Source: Squalus acanthias
Taxonomy: Eukaryota
Assembly (NCBI GenBank): GCA_030390025.1
Contig: CM059432.1
Coordinates: 17,548,001 to 17,612,000 of the forward strand
Reading direction: 5' to 3'
DNA: 64,000 nucleotides
How positions within the stretch are numbered: position 1 is the stretch's first letter; each line of letters opens with the position of its first letter. The notes under the pieces are model-generated. The model was not told the DNA's origin. It did not search any database and saw only the letters and a list, made by a program, of their open reading frames with translations. Shown here piece after piece: positions 22,866 through 34,600 of the stretch. The position numbers and the translations under genes were made by a program.

Positions 22866-25800
22866 AAGGGAGTAAATTAAGGGTAGGACGTGGCAGGGCA
22901 GCTCGGCAGCATGGAGTGCTCCTCCTGTGCTATGTTGGAAGTCAGGGACACTTTAGGTGTCCAGGGCGAACACATGTGCAGGAAGTGTCTCCAGCTGCAG
23001 CTACTCAAAATCCGTGTTTCGGAGCTGGAGCTGCGGCTGGAGTCACTGTGGAGCATCCGGGAAGCTGAGATCTTCGTGGATAGCATGTTTAACAAGGTGG
23101 TCACACCGCAGGTAAAGAGTGCACAGGCAGACAGGGAATGGGTGACCGCCAGACAGAGTAAAAGAACTAGGAAGGTAGTGCAGAAGTCCCCTGGGTCCAT
23201 CTCCCTCTCCAACAGATTTTCCGTTTTGGATACTGATGGGGAAGATGGTTTCTCAGGGGAATGCAGCAAGAGCCAAGTCTGTGGCACTACGAGTGGCTCA
23301 GCTGCACAGGAGGGGAGGAAAATAAGTGGGAGAGCAATAGTGATGGGGGATTCTATCGTAAGGGGAACAGATAGACATTTCTGTGGCCACAGACGTGACT
23401 CCAGGATGGTATGTTGCCTCCCTGGTGCCAGGGTCAAGGATGTCACTGAACGGCTGCAGGGCATTCTGAAGGGGGAGGGCGAACAGTCAGAGGTCGTGGT
23501 TCACATTGGTACCAACGACATGGGTAGAAAGAGGGATGAGGTCCTGCAACAAGAATTTAGGGAGCTAGGTAGCAGATTAAAAAGCGGGACCTCAAAGGTT
23601 GTAATCTCTGGATTACTCCCGGTGCCACGTGCTAGTGAGTATAGGAATAGGAGGATAGAGCAGATGAATGCGTGGCTAAAGAGTTGGTGCAAGAGGGAGG
23701 GCTTTAGTTTCCTGGATCACTGGATCTGCTTCTGGGGAAGGTGGGACCTGTACAAGTCGGACGGGTTGCACCTGAACCGGAACGGGACCAACATCCTTGC
23801 GGGGAGGTTTGCTAGTACTGTTGGGGGGTGGTGGTTTAAACTAACTTGGCAGGGGAATGGGATAGGGTGTGGAGCTATAGTAGGGGGTGATGCACAGCCA
23901 AATATAGAGGAAAAAACAAGTCAGCCTGGAAGGCAGAGCAAATATGTAATGGCACAACGGAGTATGGCAAGGCTGGATGGCATTTATTTTAATGCAAGGA
24001 GTCTTGCGAGTAAGGCAGATGAATTGAAGGTGTTCATGAACACATGGGAGTATGATATTGTTGCTATCACAGAGACATGGTTGAGGGAGGGGCAGGACTG
24101 GCAGCTCAATATTCCAGCGTATAGAATCTTCAGGCGAGACAGATGGGGGTGTAAAAGAGGAGGGGGTGTCGCAATATTACTCAAGGAGTCAATTACTGCT
24201 GTAAGGAGGGATGATATCTTAGCAGGTTCCTCTAATGAGGCCATATGGGTAGAACTTAAAAACAAAAAGGGGGCAAGCACTTTGCTGGGAGTGTATATAG
24301 GCTCCCAAACAGTCAGGGGGAGATAGAGGAACAGATATGTAGGCAAATTTCAGAGAAGTGTAGAAATAATAGGGTAATAATAGTAGGGCATTTCAACTTC
24401 CCCAATATTAACTGGGATAGTCAGAGTGTGAAAGGCTTAGAGGATACGAAATTCTTAAAGTGCATCCAGGAGAGCTTTTTGAGTCAGCATGTAGAAAGTC
24501 CTACAAGAGAGGGGGCGGTACTGGACCTAATTCTAGGGAATGTAGCCGGGCAAGTGGTAGAAGTGTTAATAGGAAAGCATTTTGGTGACAGTGACCATAA
24601 TTCGGTGAGATTTAAGGTAGTCATGGAAAAGAACAAAGATGGACCGGAAATAAAGGTTCTAAATTGGGGGAAGGCCGATTTTAATATGATAAGGCAGGAT
24701 CTGGCCAAAGTGGACTGGGATCAGCTACTTGTAGGAAAATCCACATCAGAGCAGTGGGAGTCTTTCAGAAAGGAAATAGAGAGAGTACAACTGCAACATG
24801 TTCCTGTAAAGGTCAAGGGTGGGACCAACAAGCCCAGGGAACCCTGGATGTCAAGGGATATACGAGAATGGATTAGGAAAAAAAGGGAGGCTTTTGGCAG
24901 ATACAAAGGACTAAAAACAGTGGAAGCCCTAGAGGAGTATAGAAAGTGCAGGGGGGTACTTAAAAAAGAAATTAGGAGAGCAAAGAGGGGGCATGAAATA
25001 ACACTGGCGGACAAAATAAAGGAAAATCCCAAGGTGTTTTATAAGTATATTAAGGGCAAGAGGATAACCAGGGAAAGAGTAGGTCCCATTAGGGACCAAA
25101 GTGGCAATCTGTGTGTAGAGCCAGAAGATGTAGGTGGGGTTTTAAATTAATATTTTGCATCTGTGTTCACTATGGAGAAGGACGATGTAGGCATAGAAAT
25201 CAGAAAGGGGGATTGTGATATACTTGAACAAATTAGTATTGAGAGGGAGGAGGTACTAGCAGTTTTAGCGGGCTTAAAAGTGGATAAATCCCCAGGCCCA
25301 GATGAGATGTATCCCAGGCTGCTGTGTGAGGCAAGGGAGGAGATTGCAGGGGCTCTGACACAAATTTTCAGAACCTCTCTGGCCACAGGGGAGGTCAAAA
25401 TTGAGAGGTCGCACAACACCAGGTTATAGTCCAACAGTTTTATTTGAAATCACAAGCTTTCGGAACTATCGCTCCTTCCTCAGGCATCATGACCACAGGG
25501 GAGGTGTCAGGGGACTGGAGAACAGCTAACGTAGTACCATTATTCAAGAAGGGTAGTAGGGATAAACCAGGGAATTACAGGCTAGTGAGCCTAACATCAG
25601 TGGTAGGGAAATTATTGGAAAAAATTCTGAGGGACAGAATTAGTCGCCACTTGGAGAGGCAAGGATTAATCAAGGATAGTCAGCATGGCTTTGTCAGGGG
25701 GAGATCATGTCTGACCAATTTGATTGAATTTTTCGAGGGGGTGACTAGGTGTGTGGATGAGGGTAGTGCAGTTGATGTGGTCTACATGGACTTCAGTAAG

Positions 25801-26956
25801 GCTTTTGACAAAGTCCCGCATGGGAGACTGGTCAAGAAGGTAAAAGCCCATGGGATCCAGGGCAACTTGGCACATTGGATCCAAAATTGGCTTAGTGGCA
25901 GGAGGCAGAGGATGATGGTCGAAGGTTGTTTTTGTGACTGGAAGCCTGTGTCCAGTGGTGTACCGCAGGGATCGGTGCTGGGCCCTTTGCTGTTTGTAGT
26001 GTACATTAATGATTTAGATATGAATGTAGGAGGTATGATCAGTAAGTTCGCAGATGACACGAAAATTGGTGGGGTGGTAAATAGTGAGGAGGGAAGCCTC
26101 AGGCTACAGGACGATATAGACGGGTTGGTCAGATGGGCAGAACAGTGGCAAATGGAATTTAACCCTGAAAAGTGTGAGGTGATGTATTTTGGGAGGACTA
26201 ACAAGGCAAGGGAATACACAATGAATGGTAGGACCCTAGGAAGGACAGAGGATCAGAGGGACCTTGGTGTGCATGTACATAGATCCCTGAAGGCAGCAGG
26301 ACAGGTAGATAAGGTGGTTAAAAAGGCATATGGGATACTTGCCTTCATTAGCCGAGGCATAGAATATAAGAGCAGGGAGGTTATGATGGAGCTGTACAAA
26401 ACGCTAGTTAGGCCACAGCTAGAATACTGTGTGCAGTTCTGGTTGCCACACTATAGGAAGGATGTGATTGCATTGGAGAGGGTGCAGAGGAGATTCACCA
26501 GGATGTTACCTGGGTTGGAATGCTTCAGCTATGAAGAGAGACTGGACAGGCTGGGGTTGTTTTCCTTTGACAGAGAAGGCTGAGGGGGGACCTGATTGAG
26601 GTGTACAAAATTATGAGGGGCATAGATAGGGTAGATAGAAAGTAACTTTTCCCCTTAGTAGAGGGGTCAATAACCAGGGGCATAGTTTCAAGGTAAGGGG
26701 AAGGAGGTTTAGAGGGGATTTGAGGAAAAACTTTTTCACCCAGAGGGTGGTTGGAATCTGGAACTCACTGCCTGAAAGGGTGGTAGAGGCAGGGACCCTC
26801 ACAACATTCAAGAAGCATTTAGATGAGCACTTGAAATGCCATAGCATACAAGGCTATGGACCAAGTGCTGGAAAATGGGATTAGAATAGACAGGGCTTGA
26901 TGGCCGGCACGGACACGATGGGCTGAAGGGCCTCTTTCTGTGCTGTATAACTCTGT
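22866..26956 (+). mobile_element. Near full-length CR1 LINE (ORF1 zinc finger + SGNH esterase; ORF2 APE endonuclease + RT); tail continues to ~28500 around two MITEs
   Basis: CSSC...CRKC, GDSIVRG, HIGTND, DGLHLN; YFNARSL, ITETWL, SDH; PQGSVLGP, FADDTK; probable TSD TTTTA; several frameshifts and stops. Confidence 0.95.
25396..25489 (-). mobile_element. ~94-bp Penelope-like fragment with minimal hammerhead motif
   Basis: TSD TG(G/A)CCACAGGGGAGGT; minus strand CTGAGGA-AGGAGC-GATA-GTTCC-GAAAGCTT followed by AATAAA; same family as 19162-19256. Confidence 0.8.
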
Positions 26957-27636
26957 GGGCTGGATTTTGATACTGGGGCGGGTTGGGGTCGTGTCATCCA
27001 CTTTTCGTGTTATCCACCCGACTGCAATTGGATGTGGGAGATTGATGCGATTTTCACCTAATTGGGCAATTGAGTTCCAGCATGTGGCAACCCATGAACC
27101 AATTAGTGTTTTCAGTCTAAAAGTCGCCTCTGATGATGTCATCATTGCTGCTGCCTTCAAGGTCTGGCAAGACTGCCTGGCATTTGCTGTGAGAGGACCT
27201 GGAGGCAAAATGAGCAGCAGCAGCCCTAAGTCTGCTCCCAGATATTTTTCCTCCACCACCTCCTCCGCCACCACCACCACCGCCACCGCCGCCACCGTAA
27301 TAGTGAACCTGCAGCTGATAGTCAGCTATCGAAATGTGCTCCCGCCAGGTTTCACATTCGTGGTTCAGAACAGGCGTGCTTCACGTAGAAAAAGGGTTAA
27401 AATCACAAAGGCCTTTCAAAAGTGGCAAAATAGAGGCAATTTAGTGCTTGTTAAGGTCCTTAACATCCTATCCCGCCTCTTAGAGGCGGGACGGAGTCAG
27501 GACGAGCGACACGATTTAATGAAAATTGCGTGGAGGTGGGATGGAGGCGGGCTTGTGCCCGCCCGCCAGTTTTCGCAACTTTAACCCCCCACACGCCTCC
27601 AAACCCAGCCTCCACGGGTCAATGAAAATTCTGCCC
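26957..27636 (-). mobile_element. Harbinger MITE, same family as 5558-6330
   Basis: TIR GGGCTGGATTTT / AAAATTCTGCCC; same subterminal sequence; central (CCA/CCG)n. Confidence 0.85.
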
Positions 27637-27646
27637 ATGACTCTAT

Positions 27647-28490
27647 GGGCTGGATTTTGAAACTGGGGTCGGGTTGGTGTCGTGAATCACACATTCTGGC
27701 TTGTGAACCCGCCTCCATCGAGATGTGGCCAACCCACTGTATTTTCCCTTGATTGACCTTGTTGAGCTCGCCCAGTGGGCTCAGCAGGCCAATTAAGGGC
27801 CACCCGGCAACAGGTGACGTCACAGATTGACATTTCATCTGTCAAGAGCTTTTGACAGATGAAATATCAGCGTTTGACAGCTCTGTGAAGCTGTCAAACA
27901 CTGACAATATGATTTCTAACTTCAGTCCTTCCTCTCAGGCTGAGTTAGAAATCATTCCACCACAGAAAACAGAAGGCTGCAGTTTTTGACAGGACCACGG
28001 CTTTTCTGCTTTCTGTGCCGGTGAGATTTCTGACTCCCGAGAACTGAAGGGCTGACACCTGCAGGAGGAAGTTAAGGTAAGTAAAACTTTTTCCCACACT
28101 TAGCACTTACCTTACACACTTACCTTTGCACACATGCACCCATCACTCACCTGGCCACCGGACATATCGACCCCTCCAACCCCTGCAGACCCACGGTCCG
28201 CCCCGATAACTTGGCGTGGTTGCCACCTGTCGGGAAGCCCACATTTCACCTTTTAAAATAGGGATTATCCAAAAAACTGCCTGTTAACTACCTGTTAACA
28301 GGCAGTTAATTGTCACTAATCCCTTCCCGCCTCGGGGAGTTGGGTCTCAGCACAGGTCGGGTATCCGCCGCCAGCGAAACTGGCATGGAGGCGGGTTGGA
28401 GTCGGGATGGGGTCGGGACCCCCGAATCTGCAACTTTAACCCCCCACACGCCTCCAAACCCGACTCCACGGGTCATTGAAAACCCAGCCC
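27647..28490. mobile_element. Harbinger MITE with the same TIR but a different interior
   Basis: GGGCTGGATTTT / AAAACCCAGCCC; TSD TAT; interior similar to 55358-56154. Confidence 0.85.
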
Positions 28491-29879
28491 TATGACTCTA
28501 TTTTAGAAATCTATGCTGACTGTTTTTTATTATATTTGCTGGCTCTAGATGTTTTGTTATCTGATCTTTTAGCAAAGGTTCTAGTATCTTTTTGAACCGC
28601 TGATGTTAAGCTAAATGGGCTACTACGGTTGCCTGGGTTAGTTCTAGCTCCCCTTTTGAAGATAGGAATTTAGCATTATTCCTTTTTCTATTGAAATTTT
28701 GGATATGGATACTTTTGAGTATCTACGGGTGCAATCCATCTGGACCAGGGGACTTGTCCTTCTTATGTTTGGTGAGTTTGTCTAGTATCTCCTTTCTTTC
28801 TATCGTAACTGTTGCAATATCCATCTTGACTACTTCTAGTGTTATCATCTCCTCTTTGCTAGCACCTTCAGTAAAAACTGATACAAAATATCTCCCTGCT
28901 ATTTCCGTATCTCCTGTGAATTTTGCTTTCTCATTCCTTAGTTGCCCTTAATTCTCCTTTTCATACTTATGTATGAAATAATTTACTATTTTTTAATATA
29001 TGAATTTCATATTTCTTTTTTAACCTCTTTTGTCAACCTCTCCTTTATTGTTTATTTACGTTTTCTTTAGATTCAATTTTATCCTCACCTCTTTATTTAT
29101 CCATGGCATCGCATTCTTGGCTAGTTTGTTCTTATTTTTTTAGTGGAATATATTTCACGTGAACTCTATTGAGGCAAGAATAAATAGTAAATCAAAGACC
29201 CAAAAGTAAGTGTGACATCCAAGATTTGGGCTGATGTTGCCCTAAGATGGTACGCATGTTCTGAATTATAAAGGAGAAAGAAAGCTCATTGAACAACTTG
29301 ATGTGCAAGGGTAAAGAGAAAAATGTCCCACAGCTGTTGGTGGTGGTTCTGGAGGAGGTGATGGTGGGATGGAGGAACCCATACAACTGTCCTCATAGGA
29401 GGAGCAGTCCTTATGCACTCTGGTGTTTCAGTGAGCATGTGACTTCTACAGGGTCAAGCACAGAAGCCCAACAAACATCTGCATACGTCACATCCAAATT
29501 CAACACAGATGTTCCATCCATGTCACCATTGACAAACAAGACTAATGAAGAAATAGGAAATACATTGACTTGCTAAAAACAAAACAAGAATGGGACAGGG
29601 AAATATACAACCAGATGTTTGGGGAATGATCATGTTGAAGGGCAGGAAGGTAATTAGGGAGGAAAGGCAGAATTAAATTAAGGAGTTAACGTGCATATCC
29701 TAATCACAGCGTGGCACACATTTGGGAGCCTGAACCTGCAGACAAGTGCTTGATATATGCCTGATCAAATTTAATTTACCAGATCTTGCTGCACCAGCAG
29801 TAAATTGCGAATCGAGATTCTCACTGCACACTCAATCATTAACAAAGATGTGGAAAATCATTCAGCAACAGATAAACAG

Positions 29880-30345
29880 TATGGGAATGAATGGAATGGT
29901 GTGAAGAGGTCCTGTGTGGGGAAAAGTGAGAGGAATTGAAAAGCAGCGGAGTGGAGTGATGTTGAGTGAAGTCGACAGGGATTCAGTGCGATGGAGTAGT
30001 TTAAGGGAAAGACGAATGGGGAGAAGGAATGAAGGAGAATGAAGGTTAGTAAAGAGCAGTGAAACTAAATTGAGTAGAATGGAAAACAAGGAACCCGTGG
30101 GGAGAAGAATTAAGTGGCGAGACTTGAGAAAGAGAATAATGGAATGGGAACTATTATAGCAGAGTGCAAAGGAGTGCAATGAAATGCAAAATAGATAAAT
30201 GATGAGGAGAGGAGAAAAGAGAAATGGTGAGGAGCGGTGTAGGTTAAAGTTGACTTTGGTAGTGTATTGGGTTCAAAGGGATGCAGTTATCAAGGAGAGG
30301 AATGAAGTGGAGAAGAGTTCATGGTGAGAGGAGCGGAGAAGAGTA
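29880..30345. repeat. Decayed purine-rich simple repeat (GGAGA/GGAAT-like)
   Basis: Strong A/G bias with short-period remnants. Confidence 0.6.
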
Positions 30346-30729
30346 ATAGCGTCCACAGATGTGATGTGAGCTAGTTTGGACCAACAATTAACATGCAGAT
30401 AACTAGGATTTTTCAGCAATGCAGCATACTAATGGGACAAATCTGACCCTATCAACCAGGACTGCCAGGCATAGTGCCACATTTCCAGAAATGATTGCCC
30501 AATGAAGAATAAATTAAAAAAAATTAAAATGTTCCAGTTTCTCAAATTTGAGAGTCATAAGCAGGAATGGACAACCACAATGACATGGCTGAAACATATT
30601 GCAGTTGCAGTCTCACTAATCTTGGTTTATGGGGTTTGACACACTTTCGCTATTCTATGTTGACATGCCACATTTCCTCTATTTCTCTTGACAGGAATTA
30701 TCTTTTGCTATATTTTTCTCATGTTACAG

Positions 30730-30758
30730 ATAAGGAAAAAGCAGAGTTGATTAAACTG
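30730..30758 (+). CDS. Candidate 29-nt micro-exon, (D)KEKAELIKL; gene unidentified
   Basis: Pyrimidine-rich acceptor tatttttctcatgttacAG and donor CTG/GTAAGT; non-repeat context. Confidence 0.4.
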
Positions 30759-30964
30759 GTAAGTAAACCAGTTCAGACTTCCATTATTGACATTACTCTC
30801 ATTTTTGCTCATAGTCCAAAATTGTAAGAAAAAAATTCCCCTAAAAAGCTTGTTAATGACATGAAGAGCTTGTTAAAGATCTAGTAAAGAAACATGAGCA
30901 GTTTTTATCTGTGGGATACATAAAAATGATTCCCATTCAGAATGTGATTAAACGGTTAGAAAGC

Positions 30965-32782
30965 ATCACAGAATGTTTACAGCACAGAAGGAGACCATTC
31001 GGCCTGTCGAGCCTGTGCCGGCTCTCTGCAAGAGTACTTCAGCTAGTTCCACTATCCCGCCCTTTCCACGTAGCCCTGCAAATTTTTTTCCTTCAGGTAC
31101 TTATCCAATTCCCTTTTGAAAGCCATGATTGAGTCTGCCTCCACCACCCTTTCAGGCAGGGCATTCCAGATCCTAACCACTCGCTGCGTAAAAAAAGTTT
31201 TTCCTCATCTCGCCTTTGGTTCTTTTGACAATCACCTTGAATCTGTGTCCTCTGGTTCTCAACCCTTCCACCAATGGGAACAGTTTCTCTCTAACTAATC
31301 TGTCCAGACCCCTCATGATTTTGACACCTCTATCAAATCTCCTCTCAACCTTCTGTGCTCTAAGGAGAACAACCCCAGCTTCTCCAGTCTATCCACGCAA
31401 CTGAAGTCCCTCATCCCTGGAATCATTCTCGTAAATCTTTTCTGCACCCTCTCTAAGGCCTTCACATCCTTCCTAAAGTGCGGTGCCCAGAATTGGACAC
31501 AATACTCCAATTGAGGCTGAACCAGTGTTTTATAAAGGTTCATCATAACTTCTTTGCTTTTGTACTCTATGCCTCTATTTATGAAGCCCAGGATCCCGTA
31601 TGCTTTTTTAACCACTTTCTCAACCTGCCCTGCCATCTTCAACGATTTCTGCACATAAACCCCCAGGTCTCTCTGTTCATGCACCCCCTTCAGGATTGTA
31701 CCCTTTAGTTTATATTGCCTCTCCTCGTTCTTCCGACCAAAATGTATCACTTCGCATTTTTCTGCTTTCAATTTCATCTGCCACGTTTCTGCCCATTCCA
31801 CCAGCCTGTCTATGTCTTCTTGAAGTTTATCACTATCCTCCTCACTGTTCACTATACTTCCAAGTTTTGTGTTATCTGCAAATTTTGCCCTCTACACCCA
31901 ATTCCAAGTCATTAATATATATCAAGAAAAGCAGTGGTCCTAATACCGACCCCTGGGGAACACCACTGTGTACCTTCCTCCAGTCCGAAAAACAACCGTT
32001 CACCACTACTCTCTGTTTCCTGTCACTTAGCCAATTTTGTATCCATGCTGCCACTGTCCCTTTTATTCCATGGGCTTCAACTTCGCTGGCAAGCCTATTA
32101 TGTGATACTTTATCAAACGCCTTTTGGAAATCCATATACACCACGGCAACCGCATTGCCCCCATCAACTCTCTCTGTTACCTCATCAAAAAACTCGAGCA
32201 AGTTAGTTAAACACTATTTGCCTTTAACAAATCCGTGCTGGCTTTCTTTAATTAATCCACACTTGTCCAAGTGACTGTTACCCTTGTCCCTGATTATCGT
32301 TTCTAAAAGTTTCCCCACTACCGAGGGTAAACTGACTGACCTGTAGTTGCTGGGTTTATCCTTACACCCTTTTTTGAACAAGGGTGTAACATTTGCAGTT
32401 CTCCAGTCCTCTGGCCTCACCCCCATATCTAAGGAGGATTGGAAGATTATGGCCAGTATCTCCACGATTTCCTCCTTAACCTCCCTCAGCATCTTAGGAT
32501 GCATCCCATCTGGTCCTGGTGACTTATCAACTTTAAGTACAGCCAGCCTTTCTAGTACCTCCTCTTTATCAATTTTTATCTGATCAAGTATCTCCACTAC
32601 CTCCTCCTATACTATGTCTATGGCAGCATCCTCTTCCTTGGTGAAGACAAATGCAAAGTACACATTTAGTACCTCAGCCATGCCCTCTGCCTCCATGCGT
32701 AGGTCTCCATTTTGGTCCCTAATCGGCTCCTCTTTCTACCCATTTATTATTTATCTGCCTATAGAAGGCTTTTGCATTCCCT
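30965..32782 (-). mobile_element. 5'-truncated CR1 LINE (RT)
   Basis: DKSPGPDGMHP, SQHGF, MDFQKAFDKV, PQGSVLGP and LEYCVQFW in successive frames. Confidence 0.92.
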
Positions 32783-33259
32783 GTTAGAAAGAAAGATTAG
32801 CAGAGCTAGTCAATCTTGTTGAAAAGTAATCAATAATAGATTCTGGGAGATGCAGCCTCATCCCCTTTGTATTTGACTCCTGCTAGAGGCTCAATTGCCA
32901 CTCATGCAAACCCAATCATTTCCTTTTTAAAAAAAAGTTATCTTTGTTAATAACTCCTCTAATAAAGTCAGCTAATATCTGATCTCAGCCTACAACAAGC
33001 TGGCCCCTGTGGGGTTCTATCCCCCAGCCCTAGCTCCTGCACACTTGTGGCCGGTGATTCACACATGAAATCTCTTCTCTAGCCTACCCTCTAAAGTGCA
33101 CATGGCGTCAGTCTCTGAGCCTGTGTTTGCAAGGGTCAGAACAATTGACGCTGCAACTTCAGGAAGGCTATCAAGGGATATGGAGACTAGGCAGGTAAAT
33201 TGAGTTGAGGTACAGAACAGGCTCAAAGGACTGAATGGTCTACTCCTGTTCCTTTTAAA

Positions 33260-33516
33260 AAATTTGTTTATGGGTCAGCTGGGTCACAGACTAGGTAAGG
33301 ACAGCAAATTTCCTTCCCTAAAGGACATTAGTGAACTAGATGGTTTTTTGTGACAATCCAATAGTTTCATGGTTACCATTACTGATACTAGCTTTTTTAT
33401 TCCAGATTTATTTAATTGAATTTAAATTCCCCAGCTGCCGTGGTGGGAACTCACGTCTCTGGATCATTAGTCTAGGCCTCTGGATTACTAGCCCAGTGAC
33501 ATTACCACTATGCTAC
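33260..33516 (-). mobile_element. tRNA-headed SINE-like repeat
   Basis: Minus strand begins GTAGCATAGTGGTAATGTCACTGGGCTAGTAATCCAGAGG (tRNA-like A box). Confidence 0.55.
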
Positions 33517-34359
33517 AGTTCCCTATGTTCCACCGGTTGGAATAAAGCAGTGTTGGAGTCCACTGGCAGAGGTTCTCCTGGCACGTACATTGGGTTCAAA
33601 GGTCCACAGATTTTTAGCCCTACGATTTTGCAGGACTGAACCAACTCCACAGGGGTATGCCGCACAAAAGTAATATGGGAATGTGAGTAGGGTTGCCAAC
33701 ACCGGTGTGACGTATTCCTGGAGATTTGATCACATGGCATTTACCTTAGTTGAGTGCCTAAGTATTTCCAAACCCCGAATTAAATATTTGACTTTTTGTT
33801 TTATGGTGAGATGAATAACATAATTTATAAATCAAAGAAAGAACCCAAAAGAATAGAAAAGATTTAAGGATAAGTAATGTTTAATTAAAAACGACTTCTG
33901 TGATGTTTCTACAGTATTGACAGCAATGAGAAACACCAAGTAAATAACACTGTTTCAACAAAAACATATAAGTAACTTTGAACTAAAGTTTTCGTACAAT
34001 TTTATGACTTCTTACAATATACAAGTTATAAAAATGAAAAAAAAAACTAATTCAATTCACTGACTCCCGCACCACACCACTGAAGCCCAGCTTCAGGGAG
34101 GTGAGGCTCAGTCCTCAGGGTGAAGCACCAAAGCTGCTTAACTCCCATAATAAAACATTATACAACAGTGCACATCACAGGCCGACATGAACTCTCCCTC
34201 CCTCTGCCACTTTGTGTTTCTCTCTCTCTCTCCCTCCCCCACTTTGTGTTTCTCTCTCCCTCCCTCTCCAATTTGTGTTTCTCACCCTCTCTCTCACCCT
34301 GTTTCTCTCCCTGCCTCCCCCAGTTGCTCTCTCAGGACCCACAAAGTTTCCAGGTAATT

Positions 34360-34600
34360 TTCGTCGGTCACGATGCCATCTTCCTCACAACCAGCAATGA
34401 AGTGGTGTGCTCCGAATAGCGGGGGAGACCAGTAGGTCTCAGCAACGCGGTTTGGTTGCAAGTCATGATAGCCAGAGTACTGCGCGTGCATGAACCATGC
34501 ATACAAGGACCTGTTTCTCCCGAAATGTTTGGAAGACCAATCGCCCATTCCGGTAGACTCCCACCGAAAGCAGGAGGATTGGGAAGCACGTGAGTAGAGG
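34360..34600. promoter_or_regulatory. CpG-rich promoter-like segment
   Basis: Non-repeat with raised CpG density; GCCATCTT (YY1-type) ~34375, TGCGCGTGCA (NRF1-like) ~34481, CCAAT ~34537, ATTGG ~34578, CACGTG ~34587. Confidence 0.45.

Larger units (their letters stand above)
14980..29170 (-). mobile_element. Old CR1 LINE split into four pieces (~14980-15008, 16349-16999, 22375-22865, 28501-29170)
   Basis: Flanks rejoin across each insertion, e.g. CATGACCTTCCTTTTA + GAAATCTATGCTGAC reads SQHRFLKGRSC on the minus strand. Confidence 0.75.

Noticed and set aside
22877..23464. Antisense ORFs over CR1 elements (also 25782-26219, 46500-46997, 31696-32274)
   Set aside because: Shadow frames of LINE coding sequence.
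26819..27584. 158-aa and 214-aa ORFs
   Set aside because: Chimeras of CR1 3'UTR and Harbinger MITE sequence.
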